63,645 nucleotides of DNA from Phycisphaerae bacterium (GCA_046483505.1 JAWODB010000309.1:1-63645); one strand, 5' to 3'; counted from the first letter of the stretch, positions 49,106 through 61,579 are shown. Numbers and translations are program-made. The notes: a model not told the origin generated them from the sequence alone.

Positions 49106-49884
49106 GAGGCGTCGGCCCCCTCGTCCTGGACGATTTGCTCGAGACGGTCGGCCTGTTCCTTGGGCGTGTCCATGAGGCTGCGGACGAAGCCGTCCTGCGG
49201 GTTCGTCATGAGGTCGTGGGGGGAGCCGACCTGGACGATCTCGCCGCTGCGCATGCAGGCGATGCGGTCGGCCATCAGGAGGGCCTCGGTCATGTCGTGG
49301 GTGACCATGACGCTCGTCAGGCCGAGGCGGCCGTGGATGCGGCGGTACTCGTCCTGGAGGCTGGCCCGGGTCAGCGGGTCGAGGGCGCCGAACGGTTCGT
49401 CCATGAGCATGATGTTCGAGCGGGCGGCCAGGGCCCGCGCCACGCCGACGCGCTGCTGCTGCCCGCCGGACAGGTTCCGCGGCATGCGGTCGCGGAAGGC
49501 GCCGGGGTCGAGGTCGACCATGGCGAGGAGGTCGTCGACGCGGTGGGCGATGGTCGGCTTGTCCCAGCCGAGGAGTTTCGGGACGACGGCCACGTTCTCG
49601 CCGACCGTCATGTGCGGGAAGAGGCCGATCCGCTGGAAGACGTAGCCGATGCGGCGGCGGAGGCCGACGGGGTCCTGGTCGCGGACGGCCTGGCCGTCCA
49701 CCTCGATGCGTCCCTCGGTGGCGTCGATGAGGCGGTTGATCATCTTCAGGGTGGTCGTCTTGCCGCAGCCGGATTCGCCGAGGAGGACCACCAACTCGCC
49801 CTCGCGGACGTGGAGGTCGAGGCGGCGGACGGCCCACGTGGCGCCGCCGTCGTACGATTTGCCGACCTGGTCGAGGCGGATCAT
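49102..49884 (-). CDS. Osmoprotectant ABC transporter ATP-binding subunit
   Basis: GESGCGKTT, LRRRIGYVFQ, LSGGQQQRVGVARAL, MDEPFGALDP. Confidence 0.92.
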   Translation of the reverse strand: MIRLDQVGKSYDGGATWAVRRLDLHVREGELVVLLGESGCGKTTTLKMINRLIDATEGRIEVDGQAVRDQDPVGLRRRIGYVFQRIGLFPHMTVGENVAVVPKLLGWDKPTIAHRVDDLLAMVDLDPGAFRDRMPRNLSGGQQQRVGVARALAARSNIMLMDEPFGALDPLTRASLQDEYRRIHGRLGLTSVMVTHDMTEALLMADRIACMRSGEIVQVGSPHDLMTNPQDGFVRSLMDTPKEQADRLEQIVQDEGADAS

Positions 49885-49920
49885 GGCTGCCCTGCTGGTG
49901 CGTCGTAACGCCGACATTCC

Positions 49921-50448
49921 GCGCGGTGGGCCTCCCGGCCCACCGCGCCGACTGCTTCCGTCTCCCCTTTGCGCGGCAGCCTGGGAAGGCCGCCGCGCGG
50001 GAAATCGCGCCGCTGCCCTGGACCCTAGGCGCTCGGGCGCGGGCTGTCAACGGCAAAGCGGGACGCGGGTGCCACCGATTGCTTGTCAATCGGTGCTTCC
50101 CGTTCCCGGGACACGGTTTGACGAGCAAACCGTGGCACCCGCTTCACCCGTTGAGCCGTCGACGGTACGTCGACGGTCGGCCGCTTCGAGAAGTGCCCGG
50201 CTTCTCCCGTCGACCCTCGGTCGACGGCTCAACGCTCAGCACTCAACACGGGCGTGCGTCAGAATTCTCTGGCAAGCCATACCCGCGGCGGTGGCATGGC
50301 CACGCCCCGCGTGACCATGGGATTGGCGCGGCGGGCAGTCTTGCCCGCCGCGCGGTGCCCAAGACTGGGCACCGCGCGATATCGGCCTTACGAGACCTCA
50401 TGACCACCCGCCATGAAGCGGTGGCGCACCCCAACACGGGCGTGCGCC
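49921..50448. repeat. Dense cluster of family B, D and E palindromes in the divergent intergenic region
   Basis: B-like at 49921-49948 and 50326-50378; D-like at 50068-50140, 50271-50311, 50413-50448; E at 50149-50234. Confidence 0.8.
50022..50050 (-). promoter_or_regulatory. Putative sigma70 promoter of the Opu operon
   Basis: TTGACA-17 nt-TAGGGT on the minus strand. Confidence 0.6.
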
Positions 50449-50566
50449 ATTTTTTGCTTGCCCGCAGCGGCCGGCGGCGGTACAAAACGCGGCCCTCGGT
50501 TGGCGGGTTTCCCCCCTGAGACGCAGGGCGCCCATACTATCCTCCATCCAGCGGAAAGGGCCGGGC

Positions 50567-53215
<2,649 letters not shown>

Positions 53216-53229
53216 TACCACCACACGAA

Positions 53230-53311
53230 CGCGCGGGCGGCGGGTCTCCGTACCCGCCGCGCCCTCGCACGAACGCTTTTCCCGCGCGGTGGGTGCGGAG
53301 ACCCACCGCGC
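53230..53311. repeat. Inverted pair of family B hairpins
   Basis: GGCGGGTCTCCGTACCCGCCGCG...CGCGGTGGGTGCGGAGACCCACCGCG. Confidence 0.8.
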
Positions 53312-53339
53312 CCTATGCTGTCATGGCGACGTCGCCGTA

Positions 53340-53747
53340 ATGGCCAAAGCCAACAGTCAAGCGCGCCGGCTGGCGGTTCACCTGGCCCGCGTGTGCGCCG
53401 AGAACCGCTGCCGCGACGTCGCCGTCCTCGACCTCACGGACCTCTCGCCCGTGACGGATTTCTTCGTCATCGCCACCGGCACGTCGCCGCGGCAGATGCG
53501 GGCCGCCGCCCATTTCCTGGCCGAGGCGGGCGAGGCACTCGGGGACAAGGCGTTCGGCGTGGAGGGGCTGGAGACGGCCGACGAGGCCCAGGAGGCCCGC
53601 TGGATCCTCGTCGATTACGTCGACGTGGTGGTCCACGTCTTCTCGGCCGACTCGCGATCGTACTACGACCTGGACCTCCTCTGGGGCGACGCCCCGCGCG
53701 TGGACTGGCAGAAAGGCTGGACGCCGGGGCAGGAGAATGAAGAATGA
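53340..53747 (+). CDS. rsfS: Ribosome silencing factor
   Basis: DFFVIATGTS, WILVDYVDVVVHVF, YYDLDLLWGDA. Confidence 0.93.
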   Translation: MAKANSQARRLAVHLARVCAENRCRDVAVLDLTDLSPVTDFFVIATGTSPRQMRAAAHFLAEAGEALGDKAFGVEGLETADEAQEARWILVDYVDVVVHVFSADSRSYYDLDLLWGDAPRVDWQKGWTPGQENEE

Positions 53748-53813
53748 CGAATGATAAATGCCAAAGTTCGGGCCTTCGGCCCGAGAGGGTAGCCGGCCCC
53801 CCGGCGGCCGATT

Positions 53814-54033
53814 TGTCATTCTGAGGAGCCCGTAGGGCGACGAAGAATCTCGCCGTGGCCGTGTCGGTGCTGTGGCGCTTTGCCGTTGTCGTCCATCGGT
53901 CTTCTCCTTATGCCGTCTTTGCGGCTTGGCGCCCCACCTCCGGCGGGTAAACTTTGCGTGAGGCCTGTCGTTGCCGTTTTGCCGTCCGCACGGCGAGATG
54001 CTTCGGCCCTGCAAGCGCGGCCTCAGCATGACA
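53814..54033. repeat. Family A palindrome expanded by a nested family H element (53912-53964)
   Basis: TGTCATTCTGAGGAGCCC...GACGAAGAATCTC...[GCCGTCTTTGCG...CTTTGCGTGAGGC]...GAGATGCTTC...CTCAGCATGACA. Confidence 0.85.
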
Positions 54034-54044
54034 GAAGGAATCCC

Positions 54045-55970
54045 ATGCCCAACATCCGCGCCCTTCTCGACGCCCGCGTCTCGGCCGCGATTGCCGCGGC
54101 GTTTCCCGACGCCGCCGACGCCCCCGCCATCGTCCAGCCCGCCCAGGACCCGCGGTTCGGCGACTACCAGGCGAACGGGGCGATGGCCCTGGCGAAAGAG
54201 CTGAAGGCCAATCCCCGCGAGGTCGCCGGCCGCGTCGTCGAGCAACTCCGAGCCGACCCGCAACTCGCTGAGATGGTCGATACGGAGGAGCGGGACGAAG
54301 GCGACGCGCCGCCGCCCGGCATCGCGATTGCCGGCCCCGGGTTCATCAACTTCCGCCTCCGCCCCGAGTGGGTGGCCGAGCAACTCGGCCGGGTGAACAC
54401 CGACGTCGCTGACGGCTCCGGAACGCGGCCCCAGGGCGAGGAGCGGCTGGGCGTCGAGCCTGCCCAAAAACCCGAAACGGTCGTCGTCGATTACTCCGCC
54501 CCGAACCTGGCGAAAGAGATGCACGTGGGGCACCTCCGCTCCACGATCATCGGCGACGCCCTGGTGCGCATGCTGGAGTTCGCCGGGCACACGCCCGTGA
54601 AGCAGAACCACGTCGGCGATTGGGGGACGCAGTTTGGGATGCTGTGTGAATACCTAATTGACAGCGGAATCGTTACTTTGGGGGGACATATGCTCCCAAC
54701 GGTCGCGGGGTGGGAGTTGCAGGACATTGAGGAGACCTACCGCCGCGCGAAGTCCAGATTCGACGAAGACCCGGCTTTCGCAGACCGCGCAAGAGAGCGC
54801 GTTGTGCTACTCCAGAACGAGGATCCATATACAGGGCTCACGTGGTCCTTTTTCGTCGGGTTCTCGTTAGATCACTGCCAGGAAATCTACCGCCGGCTGG
54901 GGGTTCTTCTTTCGCGTGACGACAACCGCGGCGAGAGCCGTTACAGGTACGTCCTGGCCGACATCGTTAACACCCTGGCAGAAAAGGGCATGCTTGCCGA
55001 GTCCGAAGGCGCCCAGTGCGTCTTCCTTTCCGACGCCGACGGCGATTCGCTGTTCGTCAACAAAGAAGGCGATCCCCTGCCCCTCATCGTCCAGAAGGCC
55101 GACGAGGGGTATCTGTACTCGACGACCGACCTGGCGGCCATCGCCTTCCGGACCGGCTATTTCAGCGAGTTGCCGGACGGGTCGAAATCGCCTCAGGCAA
55201 ACCGCATCCTGTATACGGTCGACGCCCGCCAAGCCCTCCATTTCCAGATGGTCTTCGAGTGCGCCTACCAGGCCGGCTTCGCCGACCGGGACGAGCACGA
55301 ACTCGTCCACGTCGCCTTCGGCACGATGATGGATGAGGCGGGCAAACCGTTCAAGACCCGCGAGGGCGGCACCGTCAAACTCATGGACCTCCTGGACGAG
55401 GCCGAACGCCGCGCACGCGACCTCGTCGAACAGAAACAGGCCGACCTGCCCGACGACCAGCCGCGCCTCTCCGAGGAGGAGAAGGACCGCATCGCCCATA
55501 TCGTCGGCATCGGCGGCGTCAAGTACGCCGACCTCGCCCAGAACCGCACCTCCGATTACGTCTTCTCGTGGGACAAGATGCTCAGCCTCCAGGGCAACAC
55601 GGCCCCGTACATGCAGTACGCCTACGCCCGCGTCCGCAGCATTTTCCGCAAGGGCGAGCACGATGAGAGCGAGACACGCGGCGACGCCTCGCCCATCCCC
55701 GTCCCGGACCCCGCCGAGGCCGCCCTCGCGAAGATGCTCCTCCGCTTTCCCGAGACGCTGGACCGGGCCCTCGCGGACTATCGGCCGAACGTCCTGGCGG
55801 CGTACCTCTTCGACCTGGCCCAGGCGTTCACGGCCTTCTACGATGCGTGCCCCGTGCTGAAGAGCGAGGAGCGGAAGCGCCGCCACCGCCTCCGGCTTTG
55901 CGACCTCACGGCCCGCGTCATCGCGAAGGGCCTGGACCTCCTCGGCATCGAAACCGCGGAACGGATGTAA
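54045..55970 (+). CDS. argS: Arginine--tRNA ligase
   Basis: FGDYQAN, GPGFIN, VDYSAPNLAKEMHVGHLRST, NHVGDWGTQFG, FKTREG, GNTAPYMQYAYAR. Confidence 0.97.
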   Translation: MPNIRALLDARVSAAIAAAFPDAADAPAIVQPAQDPRFGDYQANGAMALAKELKANPREVAGRVVEQLRADPQLAEMVDTEERDEGDAPPPGIAIAGPGFINFRLRPEWVAEQLGRVNTDVADGSGTRPQGEERLGVEPAQKPETVVVDYSAPNLAKEMHVGHLRSTIIGDALVRMLEFAGHTPVKQNHVGDWGTQFGMLCEYLIDSGIVTLGGHMLPTVAGWELQDIEETYRRAKSRFDEDPAFADRARERVVLLQNEDPYTGLTWSFFVGFSLDHCQEIYRRLGVLLSRDDNRGESRYRYVLADIVNTLAEKGMLAESEGAQCVFLSDADGDSLFVNKEGDPLPLIVQKADEGYLYSTTDLAAIAFRTGYFSELPDGSKSPQANRILYTVDARQALHFQMVFECAYQAGFADRDEHELVHVAFGTMMDEAGKPFKTREGGTVKLMDLLDEAERRARDLVEQKQADLPDDQPRLSEEEKDRIAHIVGIGGVKYADLAQNRTSDYVFSWDKMLSLQGNTAPYMQYAYARVRSIFRKGEHDESETRGDASPIPVPDPAEAALAKMLLRFPETLDRALADYRPNVLAAYLFDLAQAFTAFYDACPVLKSEERKRRHRLRLCDLTARVIAKGLDLLGIETAERM

Positions 55971-55971
55971 C

Positions 55972-56070
55972 GAATGCGGAATTCGGATCGCGGATTTCGG
56001 ATTGGCGCATGAGACCGGCCCAGCAGCCCCGTGTGCCAATCCCAAATCCGAAATCCCAAATCCGAAATTC
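55972..56070. repeat. Family C-type heptamer inverted repeat
   Basis: GAATGCGGAATTCGGATCGCGGATTTCGGATT...AATCCCAAATCCGAAATCCCAAATCCGAAATTC. Confidence 0.75.
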
Positions 56071-56076
56071 CACGCC

Positions 56077-56706
56077 ATGAACGTCTACGAAATCTTCCGC
56101 AGCCTCCAGGGCGAGACGAGCCGGGCGGGCGTGCCGATGGATTTCGTGCGCCTCGCCGGCTGCGACCTGGCGTGCACGTACTGCGACACGGCGGCCGCCC
56201 GCAACCCGTCGGCCGGGCGCCAGATGGCCGTGCCGGAGGTCGTTGCCGCCCTCCCCTCGCCGCCGCTTCCGTGGGTCGCCGTGACGGGCGGCGAGCCCCT
56301 TCTGCAACTCGACGAGGTGAACGCTCTTGTCGCCGCCCTCGCCGACACCGGCCGGCGCGTCCTCGTCGAAACGTGCGGCGCCCATCCCGTGGCCGCCCTC
56401 GACGCCCGGGCCGTGCGGATTCTGGACGTCAAGACACCCGGCAGCGGCATGGCCGACCGCATGGTCTGGGCCAATCTCGACCGTCTCCGCCCCACGGACG
56501 AGGTCAAGTTCGTCCTCACCGGCCGGGCCGATTACGAATGGGCCTGCCGGGTGGTGGACCGCCACAATCTGGCCGCGCGGACCGTGGTGCTGATGGGTCC
56601 GGCCCGGCCGTCGCTGGAGGCGGCGACGGTGGCGAAATGGCTCCTGGCCGACGGCCGGCCCGTCCGCCTTAACCTCCAAATCCACAAGGACTTAGGGCTT
56701 CATTAG
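56077..56706 (+). CDS. queE: 7-carboxy-7-deazaguanine synthase (radical SAM)
   Basis: EIFRSLQGE, FVRLAGCDLACTYCDT, TGGEPLLQ, DVKTPGSG, KFV, LQIHK. Confidence 0.88.
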   Translation: MNVYEIFRSLQGETSRAGVPMDFVRLAGCDLACTYCDTAAARNPSAGRQMAVPEVVAALPSPPLPWVAVTGGEPLLQLDEVNALVAALADTGRRVLVETCGAHPVAALDARAVRILDVKTPGSGMADRMVWANLDRLRPTDEVKFVLTGRADYEWACRVVDRHNLAARTVVLMGPARPSLEAATVAKWLLADGRPVRLNLQIHKDLGLH

Positions 56707-56742
56707 GTTCCCGGTAAGTCTGAAAGTTGCCGCCGCACTGTC

Positions 56743-56771
56743 TTGACAACGCATCCCCCGTCGCTTATACT
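56743..56771 (+). promoter_or_regulatory. Near-consensus sigma70 promoter of dksA-lspA-ribD
   Basis: TTGACA-17 nt-TATACT. Confidence 0.75.
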
Positions 56772-56821
56772 GCACCGCTCTACGGATAGCCGTTGGACAT
56801 CCAGAACGAGGGGATGGCCTC

Positions 56822-57199
56822 ATGCGGTCACGCGAACTCGAACAATTCCGCAAACTGCTTCTGGCGAAGCGGCGGATGCTGGCAGGCGACGTCAGCGGCC
56901 TGGAGAAGGCCGCGCTCCAGAACAGCCGGCAGGATGCGAGCGGCGACCTCTCCAAGATGCCGCTCGACATGGCCGACGTGGGCTCCGATAATTACGAGCA
57001 GGAATTCACCCTCAGCCTGATCGAGACCGAGCAGGCGACGCTTCAGGAGATCGACGAGGCCCTCGAACGCATCGAGAACAAGACGTTCGGCAAGTGCGAG
57101 GGCTGCGAGCAGCCGATCCCCAAAGCCCGCCTGAAGGTCCGGCCCCACGCCAAGTACTGCATCGAATGCAAACGCCGCCAAGAACAGGGCTCGCTGTAA
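56822..57199 (+). CDS. TraR/DksA family C4 zinc-finger protein
   Basis: Coiled coil with DMADVGSD; IDEALERI..TFGKCEGC...ARL..RP..KYCIEC. Confidence 0.92.
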   Translation: MRSRELEQFRKLLLAKRRMLAGDVSGLEKAALQNSRQDASGDLSKMPLDMADVGSDNYEQEFTLSLIETEQATLQEIDEALERIENKTFGKCEGCEQPIPKARLKVRPHAKYCIECKRRQEQGSL

Positions 57200-57774
57200 G
57201 AGACGCCCGGAGCCACGCGCGCCTCTGGGGCGTGGCGGCCGGCGGCGTGGCGGTGGACCTGGCGAGCAAGTCCCTCCTCTGGCAGTACCTGGCCGGCCCG
57301 CCCGACGTGGGTGGCCGGATCGTCGATCTCCTCCCCGGCCTTCTTCGGCTGGTGGCCAGCCGCAATCCCGGCATCGTCTTCGGCATCAACGTCGCGGAGT
57401 GGTTCTCGCTGGGCGCGGGCGCCGGCCAGGCGCTGACGGCCGCCCTGACGGTCCTGACGGCCGGGCTCATCCTCTACGTCTTCGCGACCACGCCGCCCAC
57501 CCGGCGGTGGGCGCACGTCTGGTGCGGCCTGATCCTGGCCGGGGCCCTCGGGAACCTGTACGACCGCCTCCTCTTCGGCTACGTACGCGACGTGTTCCAG
57601 TTCACGCTGACGGTGGGCGGCCGGACCCTCTGGCCGTTCGTGTTCAACGCGGCCGACGTTTTCCTGGTCCTGGGCGTGGCGCTGCTGGCCGTGGCGATCC
57701 TGTTTGCGCCCCGCCCGGACGAGACGGCCTCGTCCGAAAGGACCTCGGAGGCTCCCGCCCGTGAGCGCGCCTGA
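57166..57774 (+). CDS. lspA: Lipoprotein signal peptidase II
   Basis: DLASK, NPGIVFG, GALGNLYDR, VRD, FNAAD; start uncertain (57166 or 57232). Confidence 0.9.
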   Translation: MQTPPRTGLAVRDARSHARLWGVAAGGVAVDLASKSLLWQYLAGPPDVGGRIVDLLPGLLRLVASRNPGIVFGINVAEWFSLGAGAGQALTAALTVLTAGLILYVFATTPPTRRWAHVWCGLILAGALGNLYDRLLFGYVRDVFQFTLTVGGRTLWPFVFNAADVFLVLGVALLAVAILFAPRPDETASSERTSEAPARERA

Positions 57775-58888
57775 GACCGACATCGCCATGATGCGGCGGG
57801 CCCTGGCCCTGGCGCGCCGCGGCCTCGGGCGCGTCGAGCCGAATCCGATGGTCGGGGCCGTCGTCGTCCGCGACGGGCGCATCGTCGGCGAGGGGTACCA
57901 CGCCCGTTTCGGCGGCCCGCACGCCGAGGTCGTCGCCCTGGAGGCGGCCGGTCCCGACGCGCGCGGGGCCGACCTCTTCGTCACGCTCGAGCCGTGCTGC
58001 CACCACGGCAAGACGCCGCCGTGCACGGAGGCGATCCTGGCGGCGGGCGTCGCGCGCCTCGTGGCGGCGGTGGCGGACCCCTTCCCGGAGGTGTCCGGCC
58101 GGGGCCTCGCGCGCCTGCGGGAGGGCGGCGTCGAGGTGACCGTCGGCGTCCTGGAGGAGGAGGCCCGCCGCGCGAACGCCGCCTTCTTCAAACGCACCCG
58201 GACGGGCCGGCCGCTCGTCATCGCCAAGTGGGCGATGACGCTCGACGGCCGCCTGGCGGACGGCTCCGGCACGAGCCGCTGGATCTCCGGCCAGGCGAGC
58301 CGCCGCCGCGTCCACGAGGTCCGCCGCGTGTGCGAGGCCGTCGTCGTCGGGTCCGGGACGGCCCTGGCGGATGCGCCGTCGCTGACGGTGCGGCACGTGG
58401 ACCCGCTGCCGGAGCGGGGCCAGCCGACGCGGGGGATCCTGGACGGGCGGCTGCGTCTCGCGCCGGACGCCGAGCCGGCCGCCTCCGCCCGCCAGGTGCC
58501 GGTCATCGTCTACACCCGCGAGGCCGCCGACGTGGAGAGGGGCGAGCGGGCGGCCGCCCTCCGCGCCGCCGGGTGCGAGGTCGTGCCGCTTCCCGCCGGG
58601 ACGGGCGGCCTGGATTTGGGGGCCGTCCTGGACGACCTCGGCCGACGGGGCGCGAGCCGGGTGCTCATCGAGGGCGGAGCGACGGTCCTGGGATCGCTGC
58701 TCGCCGAGGGGCTGGCGGACCGCGTGATGGTCTTCATCGCCCCGCGTCTGCTGGCGTCGGACGACGCCCGGTCGCCGCTGGACGGGCCGGCGGGACGGGC
58801 GCTCGCCGATGCGGTCGCCCTCCGTGACCTCACCGTGGAGCGCGTGGGCGAGGACGTGCTCATCGAAGGGCGGGTCGGCGAGTTCTGA
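57761..58888 (+). CDS. ribD: Riboflavin biosynthesis deaminase/reductase
   Basis: PNPMVG, HAEV, TLEPCCHHGKTPPC, KWAMTLDG, SRWIS, IEGG. Confidence 0.96.
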   Translation: MSAPETDIAMMRRALALARRGLGRVEPNPMVGAVVVRDGRIVGEGYHARFGGPHAEVVALEAAGPDARGADLFVTLEPCCHHGKTPPCTEAILAAGVARLVAAVADPFPEVSGRGLARLREGGVEVTVGVLEEEARRANAAFFKRTRTGRPLVIAKWAMTLDGRLADGSGTSRWISGQASRRRVHEVRRVCEAVVVGSGTALADAPSLTVRHVDPLPERGQPTRGILDGRLRLAPDAEPAASARQVPVIVYTREAADVERGERAAALRAAGCEVVPLPAGTGGLDLGAVLDDLGRRGASRVLIEGGATVLGSLLAEGLADRVMVFIAPRLLASDDARSPLDGPAGRALADAVALRDLTVERVGEDVLIEGRVGEF

Positions 58889-58897
58889 GCAGGAACG

Positions 58898-59257
58898 TGC
58901 CACGGCCGGTCTTGCCCGGCCGTGCATGTGGACTCCGCGTGGTGGGCCTCCCGGCCCACCGCGCGCGATGTGCGGCCGATGTGCGCCCCCAGCCGTTGAG
59001 CCGCCGACGGCACGTCGGCGGCCGTTCGGAAAACCTCTGGCCCATCGCGTCGCCCTGCGGTCGACGGCTCAACGGATGGGGTGCGTGGCCGCATATAAGA
59101 TAAAGCGCGGTGGGCAAGACTGCCCGCCGCGCAGATGCGCACAGATTCGAAGTAGAACACGGCGGGACAAGGCCCGCCGTGGCACCCGCCGCGCAAACTC
59201 ACACACACTCAGATACGTCACCCTCACGCCATCCGTCTCCCGTCACGGGAGAGGGAG
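58898..59257. repeat. Nested cluster D-B-E-B-D plus a family F element
   Basis: D arm 58898-58925, B-like 58936-58965, E 58993-59075, B-like 59106-59132, D arm 59158-59185, F 59221-59255. Confidence 0.8.
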
Positions 59258-59265
59258 ACAGTCGT

Positions 59266-59817
59266 TCACCACGGCCCGTAGCGGGCCTTCCAGAGGTCGA
59301 GGAGGCGGCGGGCCCGGGCCTCGTCGTCCATCCCCTCAAGCACCGCCTGGTCCTGCGGGCTGAGGCTGGCGACGAATGCCTTGAGTTTGGCGGCCCGGTC
59401 ACGGAGGAACGCCCGGCGCGCCTCCGGCAGATTGCGGAACGCCGCGTAGCGATCGATGAGCGCCTCGCGCTCGCCGGCGTCGAGGCCCGCCAGGTCCCAG
59501 TACCGGTCGAGCAGGCGGCGGCGCCGGGGGCCGGACATCTTCTGCCAGCGGATGGCGTTGGCCTGCGTCTCGCGCGGGTCGAGGGCCAGGCGGGCCGGCA
59601 GGTCGAGGGGCGTGGCGGCGGCATCGGCCGCAACCGGGGCGTCCGCCGATGGGACCGCCGCGACGCCGACACCGGTGCCGCCGATCAGAATCCGGGGGCC
59701 GACGAGGCCGGCCACCGTCCCGCACGCCACGGCGGTCACCACGCACACCAGCAGCAGCCGGACGCGGCGCCGGCGGCGCCGGAGCAGGCGGGCGAGTTGG
59801 GCGCGGCGGGGATCCAT
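59266..59817 (-). CDS. Membrane-anchored DUF3106-like helical-repeat protein
   Basis: Single TM, then repeats WQKMS..RRRRL, YWDL..GEREAL, FRNLPEARRAFL, SLSPQDQ; downstream of the anti-sigma gene. Confidence 0.6.
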   Translation of the reverse strand: MDPRRAQLARLLRRRRRRVRLLLVCVVTAVACGTVAGLVGPRILIGGTGVGVAAVPSADAPVAADAAATPLDLPARLALDPRETQANAIRWQKMSGPRRRRLLDRYWDLAGLDAGEREALIDRYAAFRNLPEARRAFLRDRAAKLKAFVASLSPQDQAVLEGMDDEARARRLLDLWKARYGPW

Positions 59818-59818
59818 G

Positions 59819-60331
59819 TCAGGCTCCGTCCGGCTCGTCGGCGTCGGGGGCGTCGTCGGGGTCGCGGTCGAGGTGGTCCATCGCCTGGATGACCGCCACC
59901 TCGTCGAGCAGGTCCACGTCCTCCAGGAACGACACGTGCCGGCTGACCTCGCACTCCACCGGGCTGGCCGGCGTCTCGGCGCTGCCCGTCCAGGCGTAGA
60001 CGGCGAAGCCGAAGACGAGTCCGGCGGCCACGCCGAGGACGGAGGCGATCGCGTTGCGCCGGCGCTCGTGCGGCGCCAGGCGCGCCGCGAAGCGGCTCAG
60101 GTCCTTCTCCTCCACCACGCGGGCCATCATCCGCTCCGTGAACCCCGACCGGACGGGCGCGGGCGGCATCTCGTCCAGGAGGCGCCAACTTTCCTGGAGC
60201 AGGCGCAACTGGGCGCGGCACGATTCGCACCGCGCCAGGTGCCGGCGCACGGCCTCCGCCGTCGACGGCCGCAACTCGCCGTCGAGGTACGCGACCAGCA
60301 CGCTACGCACCCATTGACATGGAGGAGACAT
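59819..60331 (-). CDS. Zinc-finger (zf-HC2) anti-sigma factor
   Basis: LVAYLDGEL, HLARCESC (HxxxCxxC), one TM; follows the ECF sigma. Confidence 0.88.
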   Translation of the reverse strand: MSPPCQWVRSVLVAYLDGELRPSTAEAVRRHLARCESCRAQLRLLQESWRLLDEMPPAPVRSGFTERMMARVVEEKDLSRFAARLAPHERRRNAIASVLGVAAGLVFGFAVYAWTGSAETPASPVECEVSRHVSFLEDVDLLDEVAVIQAMDHLDRDPDDAPDADEPDGA

Positions 60332-60365
60332 TCCGTCCGCCTTGCCTGGACGTTGGTTCACCCGG

Positions 60366-60476
60366 TTAACACTACAACGCTAAGTCGGCCATACCCACCG
60401 CGCTCGAAACGGCCTTTCCAGGGCTGGGCGGCGGGTACGGAGACCCGCCGCGCACGAGTTAGCGTTGTAGTGTTAA
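60366..60476. mobile_element. MITE-like element with perfect 18-bp terminal inverted repeats enclosing family B hairpins
   Basis: TTAACACTACAACGCTAA (60366-60383) / TTAGCGTTGTAGTGTTAA (60459-60476). Confidence 0.7.
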
Positions 60477-60525
60477 ACCCCCGGGTGTCGGGCAGGTACT
60501 GCAAAAAGGCGGGGAAGCCTCGGGC

Positions 60526-61185
60526 CTATCCGACGCGCTGCCGGCCCCGGCCCGTGCGGATGTAGAGCAGGAGGTGGTCCTTGAGGTTGTCGCGGGCGCG
60601 GGCCAGGAGGCTCTTGACGGCCATGGTGCTGCACCCGATGGTGTGGGCGATCTCGGCGTAACTCATGCCCTCGTACTTGTTGAGGACGACGGCGACCTGT
60701 TGTTTTTCGGGGAGTTCGCCGATCGCCTCGCGGACCTTCTCCTGCAGTTCCTCCTGGTGCAGGTCGTGGTCCGGCATCTTGCTGTCCGGGTCGGGCATGG
60801 CCCGCGGGCCGTCGCCGAAGTCCGTCACCTGGTCGATCGAGACGTCGTCCTTGCGGTGGGCGCGGCTTCGGAGGGCGTTCAGGCTGACGTTGGCCGTAAT
60901 GCGGAACATCCACGTCGAGAACTTCGCGGTGGGCTTGTACGTCTTGCGGGCCCGGTAGATGCGGAGGAACACCTCCTGGGCCAGGTCCTCGGCGTCGGAG
61001 GCGTCGCTGATGAAGCGGTAGATGAGGCCGACGACGCGGTTGTGGTTCCGCTCGACCAGTTCCTGAAAGGCCAGTTCGTCGCCCTTCTGGAACCGGAGCA
61101 TCAGGCCCACGTCGTAGTCGGCGGCGGCCCCCCGTCGGCCTGCCTGTTCGTACGAACGGCCGACAGCGGCGATGGCCTTGGCCAT
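60526..61185 (-). CDS. ECF RNA polymerase sigma factor
   Basis: AFQELVER, DAEDLAQEVFLR, FSTWMFRI, LPEKQQ, MSYAEIA, AVKSLLARAR. Confidence 0.95.
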   Translation of the reverse strand: MAKAIAAVGRSYEQAGRRGAAADYDVGLMLRFQKGDELAFQELVERNHNRVVGLIYRFISDASDAEDLAQEVFLRIYRARKTYKPTAKFSTWMFRITANVSLNALRSRAHRKDDVSIDQVTDFGDGPRAMPDPDSKMPDHDLHQEELQEKVREAIGELPEKQQVAVVLNKYEGMSYAEIAHTIGCSTMAVKSLLARARDNLKDHLLLYIRTGRGRQRVG

Positions 61186-61348
61186 ATCGGCTCCGATCGC
61201 TCAGGAGGGACACCGACCGTATGCGTGTGGACTTCAGCCCTGGCGCAGGCGGGCGCCCCTTCGCTCGCGTCTTACTCTTTGATACGATTTGGCGGGCGGA
61301 TGTCCAGCAAAAAATCGCCCGCGTGTGCGGCTTGTCCGCTGTTCGGTT

Positions 61349-61526
61349 TTAACGCAGAGAGCGCGGAGAACGCAGAGTACGGCGGAGAACGACGACAGAC
61401 TGAGCACGCCGGAGGCGCTGCGTCAACATGCCATCCGCCGTTGTTATGCTTGCCTTTACTCAGCCTCCGCTTTTGCTGTTGCCCTGTCTATGCTTTCCTC
61501 TGCGTTCTCTGCGATCTCTGCGTTAA
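61349..61526. repeat. Nonamer-based inverted repeat element (family G)
   Basis: TTAACGCAGAGAGCGCGGAGAACGCAGAG...CTCTGCGTTCTCTGCGATCTCTGCGTTAA. Confidence 0.8.
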
Positions 61527-61579
61527 TAACGGAGGACCGGAGTCCTCCGCCCTTGCCACGGACGTTGCCGAGGCGTCGG

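Noticed and set aside
54620-54990. Classical diversity-generating retroelement target
   Set aside because: No reverse transcriptase or template repeat in the window, and the patch is not a C-terminal variable repeat; a trans-acting source cannot be tested here.
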